Position numbers and translations under genes: made by a program. Positions 24,109-24,929 of a stretch of 24,929 nucleotides of DNA are shown piece by piece (position 1 is the first letter of the stretch; every line of letters starts with the position of its first letter). Source of the stretch: a virus (Duplodnaviria; Caudoviricetes); the IMG/VR virus record IMGVR_UViG_3300037755_000760, positions 1 through 24,929 of that record, one strand, 5' to 3'. Below the pieces are notes generated by a model. It worked only from the letters and a program-made list of their open reading frames with translations. It did not search any database and was not told the origin of the DNA.

Positions 24109-24663
24109 ATGACCGATATCACCGACGTCGACGAGTTCACCGACCCGATCCAGCACGCGATCAACGCGGGCGAAACCATCAACGCGGCCGACGTGAACAC
24201 CGCGATCCAGGGGATCGCGAACCGGACCAGGAACGCTAAAAATCGCTTGGACCTGCTGGGCATCGCTGCACATTTTAGCGTATCCGGCTCTGGAGTCGCC
24301 GACAACGGCCGCTTTACGCTGACTAAGGTCGCCGACGTCGGCGGAACGTTCAACGTTGTCGGAGATGGCATACAGGTTCCCGCAGTAGGCACATACCTTT
24401 GCACGTGGTATGTGCTCGTTACAGCGAGCGGCACCACGGATCCACAGTTTGTCGAAGCGCGCCTAGGTGGCACTGGTGGCCCCTACGCTTCGTTCCACCG
24501 GCTCGGTGGCAGCTCGTCGACGACCATGCACCTGTCATCCGCGGGTATACTCACGATCAGCTCGCTCCCTAGCGATATCGAACTGCTGTCGCTAACCAAC
24601 ACGGTCACTCTGACCGGAGCCGGTGCCCCGGCGGGCAGAATCGCAATCGTCAAAGTGGCATGA
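24109..24663 (+). CDS. Short tail fibre protein
   Basis: N-terminal fibre attachment motif NTAIQGIANRTRNAK. The C-terminal IQVPAVGTYLCTW...GRIAIVKV is BclA-CTD/C1q-like. Confidence 0.7.
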   Translation: MTDITDVDEFTDPIQHAINAGETINAADVNTAIQGIANRTRNAKNRLDLLGIAAHFSVSGSGVADNGRFTLTKVADVGGTFNVVGDGIQVPAVGTYLCTWYVLVTASGTTDPQFVEARLGGTGGPYASFHRLGGSSSTTMHLSSAGILTISSLPSDIELLSLTNTVTLTGAGAPAGRIAIVKVA

Positions 24664-24929
24664 GCGATCCCATCTGGCCCCCCAACCTGCTCGCGGTCCG
24701 CCACATCTGGGCGAACGGTGTGCAGAAATCGCCACGACGCGACCACCTCGAGTTCGTGGGGTCGGGCGTCACGGTCACCGACGCCAACGGCCGCACCAAG
24801 GTCAACGTCGGCGGCGTCGCCCCGACCATCCTCGACGCCCTCCGCAACACAACCGAGGCCTTCTCCACCCCGAACACCACAGCGCCCATCACCGACACCG
24901 ACGTCGAGTTCGCGACCGTCGCCGCCGGC
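24660..24929 (+). CDS. Fibre/appendage-like protein, 3'-truncated (absent from ORF track)
   Basis: ATGA overlap; open to the window end (MSDPIWPPNLLAVRHIWANGVQKSPRRDHLEF...). N-terminus is paralogous to 18222..18773. Confidence 0.8.
   Translation, partial: MSDPIWPPNLLAVRHIWANGVQKSPRRDHLEFVGSGVTVTDANGRTKVNVGGVAPTILDALRNTTEAFSTPNTTAPITDTDVEFATVAAG

Larger units (their letters stand above)
1..24929 (+). mobile_element. Tailed phage/prophage late (packaging, head, contractile tail) module; both ends lie outside the window
   Basis: Colinear terS-terL-portal-MuF-protease-capsid-neck-sheath-tube-chaperone-TMP-baseplate-fibre order, with many ATGA/GTGA/TGATG stop-start overlaps. No att site or integrase is visible, so free phage vs prophage cannot be decided. 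Confidence 0.95.

Noticed and set aside
18225-24809. Diversity-generating retroelement or invertible fibre cassette explaining the paralogous segments
   Set aside because: No reverse transcriptase or invertase in the window. Differences are not adenine-specific, and both copies are in the same orientation.
1-24929. Interpretation as tailocin/eCIS or gene transfer agent
   Set aside because: A full terminase-portal-protease-capsid set argues against a headless injection system. The contractile tail and Mu-like genes differ from RcGTA; only the spike base is shared.

Overview
High-GC, gene-dense virion morphogenesis region of a tailed phage or prophage with a contractile (myovirus-type) tail. 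Order on the + strand: probable late-regulatory ORFs, terS, terL, Mu gp29/DUF935-like portal, MuF head protein with a C-terminal HExxH domain plus a small downstream ORF, an RcGTA-type head-spike base homologue, ClpP-type prohead protease/scaffold, major capsid protein, neck genes, DUF2586-like sheath, tube, frameshifted chaperones, tape measure, baseplate genes and short fibre genes. Three minus-strand ORFs interrupt the operon at two sites. One is a Gly-linker, Cys-rich lipoprotein whose style suggests a myxobacterial (Polyangiales-like) host; this is an inference. The most unusual observations are: (1) a ~100-aa insertion in the capsid protein that resembles the outer domain of this phage's own tail sheath; (2) a candidate MuF metallopeptidase effector/immunity pair; (3) a shared N-terminal module on two separated fibre-like genes; (4) a hub-spike-tip fusion; (5) phased TCGGACA repeats and a structured capsid leader. 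All family assignments come from motif recognition by eye and gene order, not from database searches. No integrase, lysis, RNA genes or CRISPR array was seen.
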